Assembly (NCBI GenBank): GCA_965644295.1
Contig: CBFFRP010000426.1
Coordinates: forward strand, 372,001 to 436,000
DNA: 64,000 nucleotides
DNA from: Paraphysomonas bandaiensis
Taxonomy: Eukaryota; Protista; Chrysophyceae
Direction: 5' to 3'
Shown: piece by piece, positions 39,411 through 52,950 of the stretch
Layout: each line of letters starts with the position of its first letter
Position numbering within the stretch: the first letter of the stretch is position 1
The notes under the pieces: model-generated
What the model was told of the DNA's origin: nothing
The model's database searches: none
The model's input: the letters and a program-made list of their open reading frames with translations, nothing else
Position numbers and translations under genes: made by a program

Positions 39411-40617
39411 ATACCATTGAATGTTGTATTATATTGCTACGACGAGTAGAGGATTAAAGTGTCTGTTGTGATGTTATAGTGTGTGTTTAACATATTGTAG
39501 TACACATATTTACAAGCGAAGCTAATAATTACAGAAGTGTGATACAACATCAAAATTCTCTCGGACAGCAACATCACAAACTATTCAATTATTACATTGA
39601 TTACTGTATGCTGAGTTGGATCTCACGTATATCTCATGAAAGGCCTATATATCAAATATGTACATCACATAAATATAAATGCATAGCCGAGTCCAAGTGT
39701 AGTAGTTGGGAAACTGAATTGTGTTCTTCATATGTAATCTTCGATGAGCCAGGGTTGAATACCCTCCTCGTAATACACATACACCACAGTAAGCATATGG
39801 AGAATTCTATGTATAAGTACATATACTATGCAATGATAGTAGCCTCATTACAGTGTTATGCCATTGAAGTCACTTCATCAGTGCTTTTAAAATAAGAAGT
39901 TTGTACTATCGTTCGATCCAATCAATACAAGTCAATCCCCATCCTGGTTCGTCGATACTATAGTTCAATGGTAGAATGAATGCAGTAAGAATTGAGTTCT
40001 AGCGGGAATAGTAACGTGAACAGTGTAACATGGCATGTGTATTTGCATCAAACAAAGCAATACGTGAATGTGCTGTCATTATACGGTTACACTGATTTAT
40101 ATATCCACTGGTGTAACATGCATGATCATCGTGCAATGAGATCTGATAATATATTCTACGGAACAAATGGGCTGAGTATAGTTACAGAGTGCTATAGTCT
40201 AGCGAATGTAATGCTGTGTATCTCATTATCTCTTGTATCGTTCTCCGTATCTTAATACTTTAATAAGATATTATGATATCATCGCATCACACAATAAACT
40301 GCCACTTTACCCCATGAAAACTGAATTTTTATACCTGGAATATCAATAATATGACTTTTTAGAATAAATCCAGAAATTCTAATCAATCAATCCTTATAAT
40401 TAGGGATTTATTGGGTATACTTGTATATAGCATCAGTATAGATAGATGTGGTGTTGTATGTACTGCTGTGTACATGTATATATGTATATATACACAAGTG
40501 TGTAAGTATGAGCATAGAGATCATAACACCCGCTTGCTTCGCCTCATTAACACAGTCATTCCAAACTACCACATAAACTATTCACATCATTCAATAATAA
40601 CCAACCCATATATTCAT

Positions 40618-41265
40618 ATGAAAACTAATAAACGTCATATTAATAAAATACAAGTACAAACTCATGATTACTTTAATCTCATCTCATTATTTATTATAAT
40701 ATGCTTATTACTATCATATCTTATAAAAACAACAAGATATGATGATATGAATAGAAATCATGATGAAAATGAATATAAAAATCATTTTTTAATATTTTTT
40801 ATTGTGTTTTTATTATATTTAATGATTGATACAATATGGATTGCAACTTATCCTCAATGTGTTGTGTCTGATCCCACTGGTTTAATTATCCACCACATGC
40901 TATGTCTTCCACTCTTAGCTGTCCCGTGGTTCGAACCGAGATTTTCTTGGCATATGGCATTTTCTCTGACTACTGAAATCAATACATTTTTTATAGTGCT
41001 CCGACGGCAGCTTGTTGTTGGAACATGGGGTCATCGCATCTGCGATCTGTTGTTTTACGCAACTTGGATATTGTTGAGACTAATTCTCTTCCCTTATTTA
41101 TGCTACATGTATACCATGGAATATATTAGTATAAGTACTGAGGTTGGCTCTTATATCAATGTTACAATGCTTGCCCCAATTCTTCAGTTTCCGATAACTT
41201 TGCTCACATTTAAATGGACGTACGACTTGCTTCGTAAGCAGTTTCGCAGTAAAAAATCAAACTAG
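40618..41265 (+). CDS. TLC (TRAM/LAG1/CLN8) domain membrane protein
   Basis: YLMID, IIHH, EINTFF and FYATWILLR motifs among TM helices. Confidence 0.75.
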   Translation: MKTNKRHINKIQVQTHDYFNLISLFIIICLLLSYLIKTTRYDDMNRNHDENEYKNHFLIFFIVFLLYLMIDTIWIATYPQCVVSDPTGLIIHHMLCLPLLAVPWFEPRFSWHMAFSLTTEINTFFIVLRRQLVVGTWGHRICDLLFYATWILLRLILFPYLCYMYTMEYISISTEVGSYINVTMLAPILQFPITLLTFKWTYDLLRKQFRSKKSN

Positions 41266-41736
41266 TTAAAGAAATAATAATTGATAGTTGATTTGAAGGA
41301 GCATGATCTAGTTATTCACATCGAAAAAAGCTCTCTTATTTATTATCATACTCACTAATTTCTAATTTCGTCATTTCAATTATCATGTAGCAAAGCATCA
41401 TACTAACGCACATGTGTTACAGGGGCGAACACTTATCTGAATCAGATTATGATTGTAGCACTGTAAATGCGTATGGTTGAAATTTTAGGTTGGCACGCAA
41501 TGAACTGTGTTGAGAAAGAGATTCTTTCCTACTCTATGAAGGCACAATGGCAGCTTTACTACTTGTTCAAGTTTGGAACTAACACAGTAATTAATTGGTA
41601 TTTGTCTTCAAGTAGTGACAAGTACACTCATATGTAATATATAATAAACCAAACCACCTCTTAAAACACCTTTTATCGAATGGCTTATGATTAATCCATT
41701 ACTACTTAACCGTATCATAAGTATCAAACCAACAAA

Positions 41737-44700
41737 CTAAAGCTGTGAATTCATCGCATCAATCAAACTCAGGTCGGCAGTGGCCATAACCTGCTTCCCG
41801 CCTGCCTTCAAAACAGCTTCCACAAGGTCGTTCTCCGCAAGCGGAACTTCAACCTCAATGTGCTCTTTCATGTTCTTCACTTTGACTACTCCTTTAGAGA
41901 TTTCGTCCTCTCCAAACACGATCATTACAGGAATATAACGTTCCAGTGCCTCATCGAGCTGTTTCTTGAACTTAGGATTCTCGAGATGAGAATATTCGGC
42001 AGGGATATTGTTACGCCAGAGCATCTTGGCTACCCTCATACGCTGCGCAACAAAGCCCGCTCCAATAGAAGCAACATACACCTGTACATCACTGTGCTGT
42101 TTGGCCGCCCCCGACTCAGCAGCCTTCCTTTCCATTATAGTGAAGACACGCTCCACACCAATAGAAACACCAACACATGGAGTCTGTTGTCCAGAGGCAC
42201 TAAACATACCCACTAGATTGTCGTACCTTCCACCAGCAGCGATAGACCCCATCTGGGATACACCATCCGTCAGGACGGCTTCCTACATACAAACGTAAGG
42301 GTAGTTCCTAGCGAGAACGATATTTTCATTGAGTACTCACATAGATAACTCCGGTGTAGTAGTCCAGACCTCTAGCGAGAGACATGTCAAAGGATATAAA
42401 CGAGAGGCTTCCCATAGCATCTAGATAGTCGAATAATATATTCATTTCATCCATGGCCTTATTTGCCCCAACGTGCTCCCCAAAAAGATTCATATTTTTC
42501 AGTCGTGACCACATTTCTCTGGCAGGTCCCTTGTGTAGAACGAACTCGCCTATCCTGTCGGCTACAGCCTCATCGAGGCCCTTCTCGCCTACCATTTCTT
42601 GCTTAACTTCCTCCCAGGTCGCCTTGTCCAACTTGTCGACAGCAGAGCATATAGGACGGAACTTCTCCGCAGGCACACCACTAATCTCAAAAATAGCATC
42701 TAAAATGCCCCTATGGTTTAGCTTTATGATGAAGTCTCCAATGGGTAGTTCTGACAGGATTTCAGTAGCGACGGCAATAACTTCAGCATCTGGCACCATA
42801 GGCCGGTAGGTTCCAGCCACATCAAAGTCACATTGATAAAACTCACGATAGCGACCTTTAGTTATCTGCGGGTTGTCACGCCTGTACACCTTCGCCATGT
42901 GAAATCTCTTTATATTGCCCACAGAATTCATAGCAAGAAATCGGGCAAACGGGACAGTCAGATCATCTATGTAACACAGTGAGCTGTAGCACGCAAAGTA
43001 ACTCATCCAACTTACATCGTAGGCTCAATAGCTCGCCTCCTTGGTCAGCCAAGTCATAGATGAGCTTGGAGTCCTCACCATATTTCCCCGTCAGAACCTC
43101 CTTAAGCTCAAATACTGGGGTGTCAATCTCCACCGCCCCGTGGCGCTTAAAAACGCGGCGTATTACGCTAAATGCTTGTTCTCTAATGCGCATCTGGTCG
43201 GGCAGGAAGTCCCTTGCACCCTTGGGGATCTTCGGAGCTTTTCTCTTTCCGCTTCCTCCACTCTCCAATTTTTCAAGGAGTGAGACACAAAACTCTCTGA
43301 ACGTTTCCCCTGCGTTACTCTCGCCAGTACTGCAGAAAGGACTCAAAGCTGCAAAACACGCATCCTGACTTCGGAAAAGTTCAGCTTTTATTATATGGTC
43401 CTTAAGTAGTGATGTCCCAGAACCAAGTCTTGAGCAGAACTGAGCACCTTCCGACAGACCCCCACCGGAGGATGCTGCCTTCTTCGCAGCTTTAGCTGCG
43501 GCCTTAGCTGCAGCCTTCTCAGCCTTCGCCTTGCGCTTAGCAATTTGAGCTTCTGTGAGGCCTTCAACCTCCTTAGCACTGAGAACCGCACTTGCGACGT
43601 TTGTCCCAGGTTGTCCAACTGGAGTCTTCTCTGATATTTCCAGTCTTCTACAGCACAAGTAAAGTTCCCGAGCCAGGGCATCCGAGAGTCTACAGAAAAA
43701 TCATTCGACGACATACAAAAAGAGCACCAAATACCTCTTCACTGCATAGTATGCGCCCATCACCCCTGTAGAAACAGGGGCTGCGGGAGGCAGTTCGGGG
43801 CTAATTCCAACCCGTTCAGCAAGAGCAACCACTCTTTCACAGGATGCATCCCCTGCAGCCTTTGCCCCTGATAGCACCATGTCGAGTGCTATTCGACTCT
43901 GCGTAGGATTGATAGTAGCCTGTCCGGTAAGAGGACCCACCTGCACACTGTTCAACTCCACCTCCATAGCCCTACGGTAAAGTTATCAGTATATATTATC
44001 GCATACGACGTTAACGTTCGTCACCTGGCAGCAGCGACACACATGTCACATGTAGGTCCATTAACCTGGGGAATATCCAGAAAGCACCCAGGTACAGAAT
44101 TCACAATAGTCCCAGTAGCATTACCGGAAGATTCCAATAACTGTCGAAGAGCAGCGGCAGCAGTCATCTGCCCCCTCTGTGGTCGAAAGACGTCAAATTT
44201 TTCGGCATCAAATGCGGATGATGGTGCACCGACACACTCACAAGACAACGAGGCAATGATATCCATCGCTCGTGATGTACTCCATGCAGCGGATGACACC
44301 AGACACGCAGCACCAGTGAAGGCATATTCGCCGTGCAATAGGGTATTTCCTTCGTGTTCCAACATACTTTCAAGTGGACGCACACGAGCACGACGTAAAG
44401 CAGTCGCAGAAGAAATCTCTCCTTCATTGGTATAGAACGAATCATACAACCCAAGTAGTGATAAGATGAGTTCTTCTTGTGCATTTTCTATCGATGAAAA
44501 AGCAGGTGCCAAACCAGCATTCAGCATTTCAACCAATACATCAATCACAGATGATCGTATTCCTGACTTTCCTTGCATCAATGAAACAACAACATACAGT
44601 ACCACAGCTCTACATAACTCCATAGGAAGTTTATTATCACATCTCTTAATATTTCCATTCAAAGGATTATATGATTTCTCTCCATATTTATTAATAGTTT

Positions 44701-44902
44701 CCAATGCATATGTATCAACTTCAGCTTTTGTTGTATCATCTAATATCACATGTGCTCTACATGTGACTATAGATAAGAAATCATTCAATAGTAAACGTTT
44801 CCCACCTAATTGAATAGTTTTTAAAGGATATGAATGATTTAAATTAAGTTGTGCCTCTTGTGGAGTACCCCATACAGTAAATGCTTTCGTTTTCACTAAC
44901 AT
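41737..44902 (-). CDS. HARS: Cytosolic histidyl-tRNA synthetase with N-terminal histidine-ammonia-lyase-like domain
   Basis: [41 protein letters not shown] and GGRYDNL; the N-terminus has [25 protein letters not shown] and IPQVNGP (HAL/PAL-like). Confidence 0.95.
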
Positions 44903-47205
44903 CTTGATATAATTTTCTTGTAATATTAATGGAATTAGAATGATCGAATATATACGTAGAATTGCTATAGGATAGATATACCATACATACATCCCTTGTG
45001 GGTCATACTTTATATGTGCAGAGGAAAGCCACAAGAAATACATGCATGTCTTTCTACGGATTGATGTATATACATACCACACCCCAACACCACAAGAATA
45101 GATTATGTCTCACTTCTAGATGTACAGTATGCATGTATGGTCGGAATGCTGTATGTATGGGGTGGAAAAAATATATAAAGGAAATTCCGGTATTTTAACA
45201 CAGTTAAAGAGAAAATATCGAAATATTGAGAGTGTAATATATCAAAAACCACTCTTTTTTAACCAAAAATAAATAAATCCAGTTTTTTGTTGAAAATACC
45301 TCTTCTTCAAGTGTGGTGAAAATACATACACGTAATGTACTGCTTGTATGTACTATACATACATGTCCTCGTTTCTATCGATCAATAGTCATATCAACAG
45401 CCCATTGAGGTAATGATGGATGGAGTTCAATGGTTATTGGGGTATACAATCTACCTTTATTGTAGATGGATCCAGCAACAGTATACAGTTAATAGCAATC
45501 GTTAGCTTAAGTTATAGTAAACATATACGTAATACACAGTTACAACTAAATAGAAATGAATAGATCAAAAAATTCGACCGGGTACAAAACATCAACAAGA
45601 TTAACACATATAGTTAAACTATGCTACTATTACTTCACTCACTCTCATCTTTTTCATGATATAATGTGCATATCTGATGTATAATTGCCCCCTGTAAATG
45701 GTACAGTCGTGTTCAAACTACCGACCACCTCTTTTCTAAGTGTGAGAAGTAAAAATAAGCTAATTAATAGTTTATGCACGGCTGTATACTTTTAGGTTAT
45801 TACTTTTTACTAAAATCTACAGCTGGAGTTATCGCAGACGCAGTATCAAACTGGGGTTCAATTTCTCAAGCATCATTTCTTTCCGCAAGAGCGAAACCGT
45901 ATAATTTCTGCAGCAGCCTTCGCTGCAAAATTCTTATTCTCTGTAAAATACAAAGATTCATATATATGGTGAATTGTGTTACGTTCTTTATATAATGGTA
46001 ATATCTGGAATACCAGAGAATCAACTCTCATTTCAAGTCCTAAATGTGATTAAATTGGTAATGTGATTCTCGTTACCTTACCTATGAGGCCAATGAGTAG
46101 GTTTTAGCAGAATCTTGAACATCCACCTTAGGTTCCTCTTCCATAATAATAATCAATGTATATAAATATGCTTATAGCTACTGCAAGTAACTTCCCAAGT
46201 CAAGAAATTGCATCTTACTATCAGTAATTAGTAATATATTGCCTATAAGTCACACTTATTTACTTGCAGTATCAATATACAATACACCAGTCTAAATGTC
46301 TAAATACAGTTGACCATGATAATTCATCATCGTTGTATAAGGGAAGGTAAATGCAGCATTTTCGTTGAAGCTGGTGCACAATAGCACAATATACATACTT
46401 CAAATGAAGTTCAATAATAAGATAGAATATGAAAAGTGAAACTGTATTACTGGATATTTTTTCAATGCATATCTATCAACATTCAACATGAATATCAAAC
46501 CCAGAATTTTTCAGTAAACTTCTCAGTCTTGCTAATCATAATATCCCATGATTATCATTACTCATGATTGTCTTCATCAGTATTCTTCATTATTATTCTG
46601 TTATTTATCCTTCTCTGTTCATTAAATAAGTTCATTGTTTAAATTAGTAGCAAAGGTGTTTTTCGTTGTTTTCAATTTCCTGTTTAATTCAATAAGTGCG
46701 TACCGCGTTAGTGAATAATCGTCGGAATTGTAGACGAGATGTATTATAAGTAATGTTGAAAAGTACGAACCAGCTGTAATGTGTAGTAACTGCAAAGTTG
46801 CGCAATATTAGAACTCATCTTAATATAAGATAGTTCCATTTATAGTTTCATGAAATATATTACAAACTGAATAAATGATTGTATCCGTGAGGATTCATGA
46901 TCATCATTGTCCGTTACGCAGTTACGTATCTATAGTTCCGCTGCATTATAATTCACTTTCTTACATTGAAGTGTTCATTAATTTACATTCTAATAATCAC
47001 ATCATTCTTCTTACTATTACAATCTGCATTTGCAACACGAATGATGATTAAGAGAAATCATACTGTGCTGAAAGTAATGCAAATTCTCCAGCAAAAATTA
47101 ATGCCTAAGTTCAGTAGATAGTAAACTGAACATTTGTGCATGGAACAATATTTATTATTACATTCCACCAGTATACAATTTTACTGCTTTTCAAAAGTGT
47201 AAGAG

Positions 47206-49077
47206 TTAGCCAGATGCTGACCTACGTAATACAGGGTCCGGTACAAATCGAGGGTGAGATACTAAACGTTCTCCGATTTTGGATCCCCGCTTCACAACAA
47301 TATACCCAACGTAAACAACTATCGTAAAGGTTATAAGTAAGGATACAAGGAGGTTTGTCGTAAGCAAATTTGAATCATTAGTTGCAACCGGGCGTATCAA
47401 TGTCGGAGACACTAGCAGTAGACCTGTAAATATCAAAACACATAATATAAATGCCTTATTTAAATTTTCATGCAGTGACTCTTTTCCTTCGGGCAGTATA
47501 AATGGAGATGGACTTGAAGGGTCAGGGTGATAATTGCCAACCATAAGGTCAATTGCATCTTGTTTCTCGCCGTCAAGAAAATTATTAATGTAATATCGCA
47601 TACAAGAATTTACGCCATCATTGTACATGCCCACCAACGTCCTTTTCCCAGTTTTAGTAAAGTCAACTTTCAGAGCACCAGTTCCAGCGTATAATACTGA
47701 CATTTCATTCGCATGATTGACCCACACAGTCTTATATATACTTTCAAACTTCTTGAACGGCATTTCCAGAACTTTCTCACTCTTTAATAAGTCTTTTCTT
47801 CCAAGTTGCATAAGAATAGCACGACGAGCAAACACTGATTGTACTACATTAGTGCGGTCCAAATTGTCCATGCAATTCGTACGAAATACACCACTTTGCC
47901 AGGATAATACTTCACCATTGCCCAATTTAGAGAAGAAGGACTGTGAAGCGAACACATGATCCAGTTGGTTAACCAACTTTGAAATATTATTCCACTTCCC
48001 CTTTAATCGACACTCGTGATGAAAGTCAAACCAGACGTACTGCATTTCAACAGTACTCACTTGTTGAACCATGTCTATCACTGCCTTAAACTCAACAGCA
48101 AGCTTTCCTTGGTCACGCTTTCCATCGATAAGGTTAATGAAAACGATTTCACAGGTACCAGAGGAATTTGAACAATCATGTACAATATCTTTGACGTGCC
48201 TTTCGCACCACTGAGCTGATTTACTTCGTTCGTCGGAAATAAATACTTTGGGATCATATTTCATATGAACAGGGGATGACCAGCAAAGCGGTATAGATCC
48301 ACGAATCTGGACATGGGATGCAACTCTGCCATCAGGAAAAATTAGAATTTGTTCAGTTTCAATGTAGTTAGCAACATAACCCTGCTCGTCGACTCCTCGT
48401 TTAGTAAAACGACATCCCTGACGCATACGAGATCGCCTGGACACAAAAAGGAGAACGAATTTGTCGTTTTCAATTTCGCAGCCAGGTCGAAATTCTACGT
48501 ATCCCGACATAAATGGTACTATCCAGTCATCAGCACGACATGCAATCATATCGAGTACAACGTCTCGATTCCAGAAATACTTCGCATTTGCTCTTGTCCA
48601 AATAGGTTCTGCTTGCAACTTAGAAGTTAGCTTGGAAAGTCGCTGTTGGGTGGATGTAACATCATATGTGTACGAATAAAAAAATTGGTGCATGTTGAAA
48701 GCAGACTGCAACAACTGTAGATATTTCGTTTCATCTCGTTGCTTTGATTCTGATAAGAGCCGACCATTACGAAACAATGGTACCACTACAATTTTAATTG
48801 CTTTTCGTAACTCAATTCCATTACAATCCACAAACTTCTCTGACTCCACCACTACTGCTACATATGGTCCACTTAATAAATCATAAAATCCAAATATTGC
48901 TTCAATTGATAATGTATGATATTGTCCTCCAATATCTGCTAATTGAGCACGTTCACATACTTGTATATCACGTGACCATCCTTCTTTTATCTGTGTGACA
49001 ACTAAACATGCTCCAGTGTCTAAATTTTCAAACACAGCTCTTGAATCATATGTTTTAAGGACACGACCTTTTCCCAT
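47206..49077 (-). CDS. SAC1: SAC1 phosphoinositide phosphatase
   Basis: GYVANYIETEQ, QIRGSIP, catalytic RTNCMDNLDRTNVVQ, YAGTGALK and two C-terminal TM helices. Confidence 0.95.
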   Translation of the reverse strand: MGKGRVLKTYDSRAVFENLDTGACLVVTQIKEGWSRDIQVCERAQLADIGGQYHTLSIEAIFGFYDLLSGPYVAVVVESEKFVDCNGIELRKAIKIVVVPLFRNGRLLSESKQRDETKYLQLLQSAFNMHQFFYSYTYDVTSTQQRLSKLTSKLQAEPIWTRANAKYFWNRDVVLDMIACRADDWIVPFMSGYVEFRPGCEIENDKFVLLFVSRRSRMRQGCRFTKRGVDEQGYVANYIETEQILIFPDGRVASHVQIRGSIPLCWSSPVHMKYDPKVFISDERSKSAQWCERHVKDIVHDCSNSSGTCEIVFINLIDGKRDQGKLAVEFKAVIDMVQQVSTVEMQYVWFDFHHECRLKGKWNNISKLVNQLDHVFASQSFFSKLGNGEVLSWQSGVFRTNCMDNLDRTNVVQSVFARRAILMQLGRKDLLKSEKVLEMPFKKFESIYKTVWVNHANEMSVLYAGTGALKVDFTKTGKRTLVGMYNDGVNSCMRYYINNFLDGEKQDAIDLMVGNYHPDPSSPSPFILPEGKESLHENLNKAFILCVLIFTGLLLVSPTLIRPVATNDSNLLTTNLLVSLLITFTIVVYVGYIVVKRGSKIGERLVSHPRFVPDPVLRRSASG

Positions 49078-49685
49078 GAATATCTTGTAGAGTGAGTAGT
49101 ATGATCTGTATGTCTTATGTTACTGTATGGAGGTTTATAATATTGTAATGAGGTCTGTATATTGCTGCAGCATATGTCTGAGTAAGGCACTGCCTCTGTC
49201 TATATGTTGGTATATACGTACAGTATATACCTATACATACACACACACCTACTCCATGTACATATAGACGCACATCTCCATTCCCACATACAGGAGTACA
49301 CACTGCTGTATACCTATTCTCTATATGGATATCGATCCGTATGTGGATATACTCCATAGACTACTGGTGGATATTGAAAAAAACTACACCAAAACTTGGA
49401 TTTTTATCCTGATTTTTACACTATGTCAGCATTTTTGGTCCCCCTATTCCAGATATTTACATATACAAAGTCCTGTAGATGTGGAAAATACGGCATTTAT
49501 CGCTGCACGTATTGCAGTCTGAGATACTCTACAAATATGGCGGTTGAAAATAAAGCTCAAAAAGAGTGAACTGATATGCTGATATACATACATATGTGAT
49601 GATAGAGAATCAGTAGCAGAGATTATATTGATATTATATATCCTTGAAGACTTGTCAAGTCACACACTTGCACCAGTGTATTGTC

Positions 49686-51074
49686 ATGACTGAATCTAGA
49701 CTAGATCATGCTTTTCTTACATGTTTAAAAGAAATAGAAGTTCGATACACATCATTACCAAAAGCTCTCCGCCTGAGGTAAATGAACATGCTTGTTATAA
49801 TATCGATATCAACTTTTAATATCAGGGTAGAAAAATGGGTAGAAAAACTAGTCATCGTTGGAAAAAATCATGTATGGAAGAAAGATAGAAACATGTACGC
49901 CAGACTACTTCTGAGTATGGTCATCGCGAAAACTATGGAAGAACCATTTCATACAACTCCATCTGATGGGCCACTTTCTCCTTTTCCTGCGTATTTAAAG
50001 TCCAAATTAAAAGGTGTTGTTGGCCCACACGAGAGCTTTTTCTGGCGAGATGTGTATGAGCGCATGGCCCATGATAAAACTGAATCATCTGTGTCACGAA
50101 TGTCATCACATATCCCAGCTATTGATGTGTCTACGAGCTCATATGACCCTAATCAAAAGGAAACCCATACACTACGTATGCTGATTCAAGAGCAAGCTCG
50201 GCGAATAGAAATTCTAGAACAGCAGATGGCCGAGGAGAGGATGCGACATGAGTCAGAAGTGCGTAGACTTTTGGAGCACCATAAAGCTGAAGTACAGCGA
50301 CTCAAACACTCTCGCGGGAGTAGGTCTATATCTATGTCAGACCACGAACATACTATACCATCATCAGCTTTGCGACGAAGCTATGACTCTACCGTCAGTT
50401 TTGCCGATGAGAGGGCCCGCACTCCATTGTTGAGTCATAATAGAAAACCAGTAGCAGTTGGTACACCCTATGTCACCCAATCAAATGGTGATATTCTACG
50501 CTCATTCGAAACTAATCGCTTATCATCATCTATCGAAAGCAAAAGGTATCAGAGCGATGAGATAGATAAATTGGAAGAGGCGAGTCGGTTGTTAACACAG
50601 CACCTACAAGACAAAAAATCACCTCAAAAAAATCTTGGAGTTTCTTCCACGAAGAGAGGGACAATTCCTCCGGAACCCCAAGTCACTGCCAATGATGAGC
50701 ACAAAGACGATCGCTATCTTTCTATATCACCCCCTTCACAAAGCATTAGCCCCTCGCTATCTTTCGAGAAAAATGAGAAAACAACAAACTTCTCCATGAG
50801 TTCCCATCGTCCCGATTTAAATCCTAGCTGGACTGACAGCAAACCCATCATAGACGATGTGCGAGCTACAGAATCTGATGTTGATAACAAAGAAATGCCA
50901 CAGGAATTACTGAAAACTCAAAATGAAAAGAGTTCTGTTGACAGATCTGCAGACGATATATTTCAACGTAGTATACCTGAAGACGATGGGGAGTTTTTGT
51001 CGTACTTAGAAGATTTTCAGACACAAATAAGGCATCTGCAATTCGGATTTGGTAGTTCGAGTAGTAATAAGTAG
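49686..51074 (+). CDS. DUF4485 (CEP112 N-terminal-like) domain protein, 2 exons
   Basis: LDHAF...RVEKWVEKL...WKKDRNMYARLL...EPFHTTPSDGPL followed by a coiled coil; intron 49778-49825. Confidence 0.75.
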
Positions 51075-51599
51075 TATGTAAAATTGTTTTCAATTATTAT
51101 TATATGTATTTTGAGTAATTAACCTTCAGAGGTGTCACCGATATTTTATTACAATATATATTGTAGGCTGTTGAGTTTACTAGCTTGTAAGCGATCATAA
51201 GCTATATTATCATGGTATATGCATCATGACCGTTACTTGAAAAATACAGTATTAGTGATAACTAATATTATGATACGAATATTAGTTGTGAATATACATG
51301 GACTGTATAAGGTCACGTCTATTGACATTTGCTCTTAGATCGTCAAAGAAAAGTTATGTCGTCAGACTAGCAGACTAGATATATTGCAGCTATAAGCTAT
51401 ACATTTCTTCTAAAATATAGTTATATAAGTAAAATGGACGTGAAAACTTCATATAGATACTGTGTACCCCACACTCTCTGTACCACAGCTATGTAGAATT
51501 CAGACACTAAAACACACCCTAGCCTCACTTGGAGCGCTTCTTTTGATTTTCCTCCACTTCATACGAAACACTCCTCTTCTCGCCTGTAATCGTTCCTTC

Positions 51600-51925
51600 A
51601 TGATGATTCGTAAATACATCGGCTGCCACCATATCCTTTTTTGATATATGTATCCGTCCTGCTGTTGGAAACCTGCCGTTCACATGTTGACGTACCCAAT
51701 GATACATGATCTCGATATGCTTTGATTGCTTGTAGTAGATTGGGTTTTCCGACCAATATTTTGCACTCTTGCTGTCCATAGAGAATGGGACTGGCTGCGT
51801 CAATGTGAGTCCCAGCTATCGTAACATCCCGGAGACACCAGTTCTTGCATAGCTGTATACTTAACCATATATTCGGAGTCCATGCTAGATGCTGTGACAG
51901 TGGTTTGCAACTTCGACTGCCATGC
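51600..51925 (-). mobile_element. Ty1/Copia RNase H remnant
   Basis: WQSKLQTTVTASSMDSEY and MDSKSA..SENPIYYKQSKHIEIMYHWVRQHV, frameshifted. Confidence 0.85.
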
Positions 51926-52950
51926 TATTTCTCCACCCCACGATGCCCACCCATAATTCGAACACCAAAGCTGCCGTATTCTGCTGTCCTATACAGATGA
52001 CAGCTTTCACTTCAACTAAAACCTCAGCTACTTTCCTTCACCGACTCCATTCGCTCAGTCGCCTACACAGTCACCTCCAACTCACGCCTCCTGCGCGCCC
52101 ACAGTCGCAATCAAGCATTACGGAGTTCCCCAAAGGCAGACCCCTTAAGATACCATATTCGGACAGTTGCACCACGGTGCTCGCAGCAATGCACAAGCAG
52201 TTCCGGAGCGGTACGCGACAGGGTCATATATAACATAGGGTCCAAATTTAATTGTGTAGCTAGCACCTCCCCAAGTCTAATATAGCCACGAATAAAACCC
52301 CGACATTCAGTTCAACCTGTCCCAGAAGTCGGCCAGCAACTCCTCGCCACTGGATATTTAGGGTTTCAAACCGGAGAACATTATGGCCAATCTCATCCAA
52401 CACACGTAATGCATGCTCACAGCTATATCGATGTTACACAGATCATCTATATGCCAGTCAGCGGTAGTAGACACCTTCAGAGACTCCATTCCCTACGTGT
52501 GGGTACACAGTACCACTTGTCAGCCTCTGTCACATGGAGGGCAGTGTACTGCACAGTTGTATGCCTAATATCATGGAGTCACCTCCTGAAAGCAGTATAA
52601 CGCAAAGTTTTCTATGCGAATCAAACTATAGAGTGACTATTGAGTTATGTATGAATGAAGACGTTAGTAGCTGGTAGGAACGTACAGCTGTATATTGATG
52701 CACTCATATTACATAGAGTGAAAAAAACACCAGTTTTCTACATGTTTACAGTTTTTCGCATATGGAGTAACTGTGTTTGCAGAAAACCTCCACTTTTATC
52801 CATCAGAATACACAGAGCGCAACTTCTTACTTTTGAAATCCCCTCAACACCTTCTTGTACCATATTTGCAAGAACAAGAACAACAACAAGAACAACAACA
52901 AAAGACGCCATCGAGAGATAATATCACTTGTTGATATCATTGTATTTAAA

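Noticed and set aside
39954-40016. tRNA-like segment (GATACTA-TAGTTCAATGGTAGAAT...TAGTAAC) with an A-box and D-arm
   Set aside because: There is no pairing anticodon or T stem and the spacing is too short; the GTTCGATCC at ~39911 lies upstream without a stem. At best a relic; tRNAscan-SE would settle it.
41860-44813. Antisense ORFs overlapping HisRS (likewise at SAC1, importin alpha and the LRR gene)
   Set aside because: These are shadow frames of real coding sequence with no recognisable motifs.
45640-46620. Coding-like fragments on the minus strand between HisRS and SAC1
   Set aside because: They are interrupted by stops, with no recognisable family and no consistent gene model.
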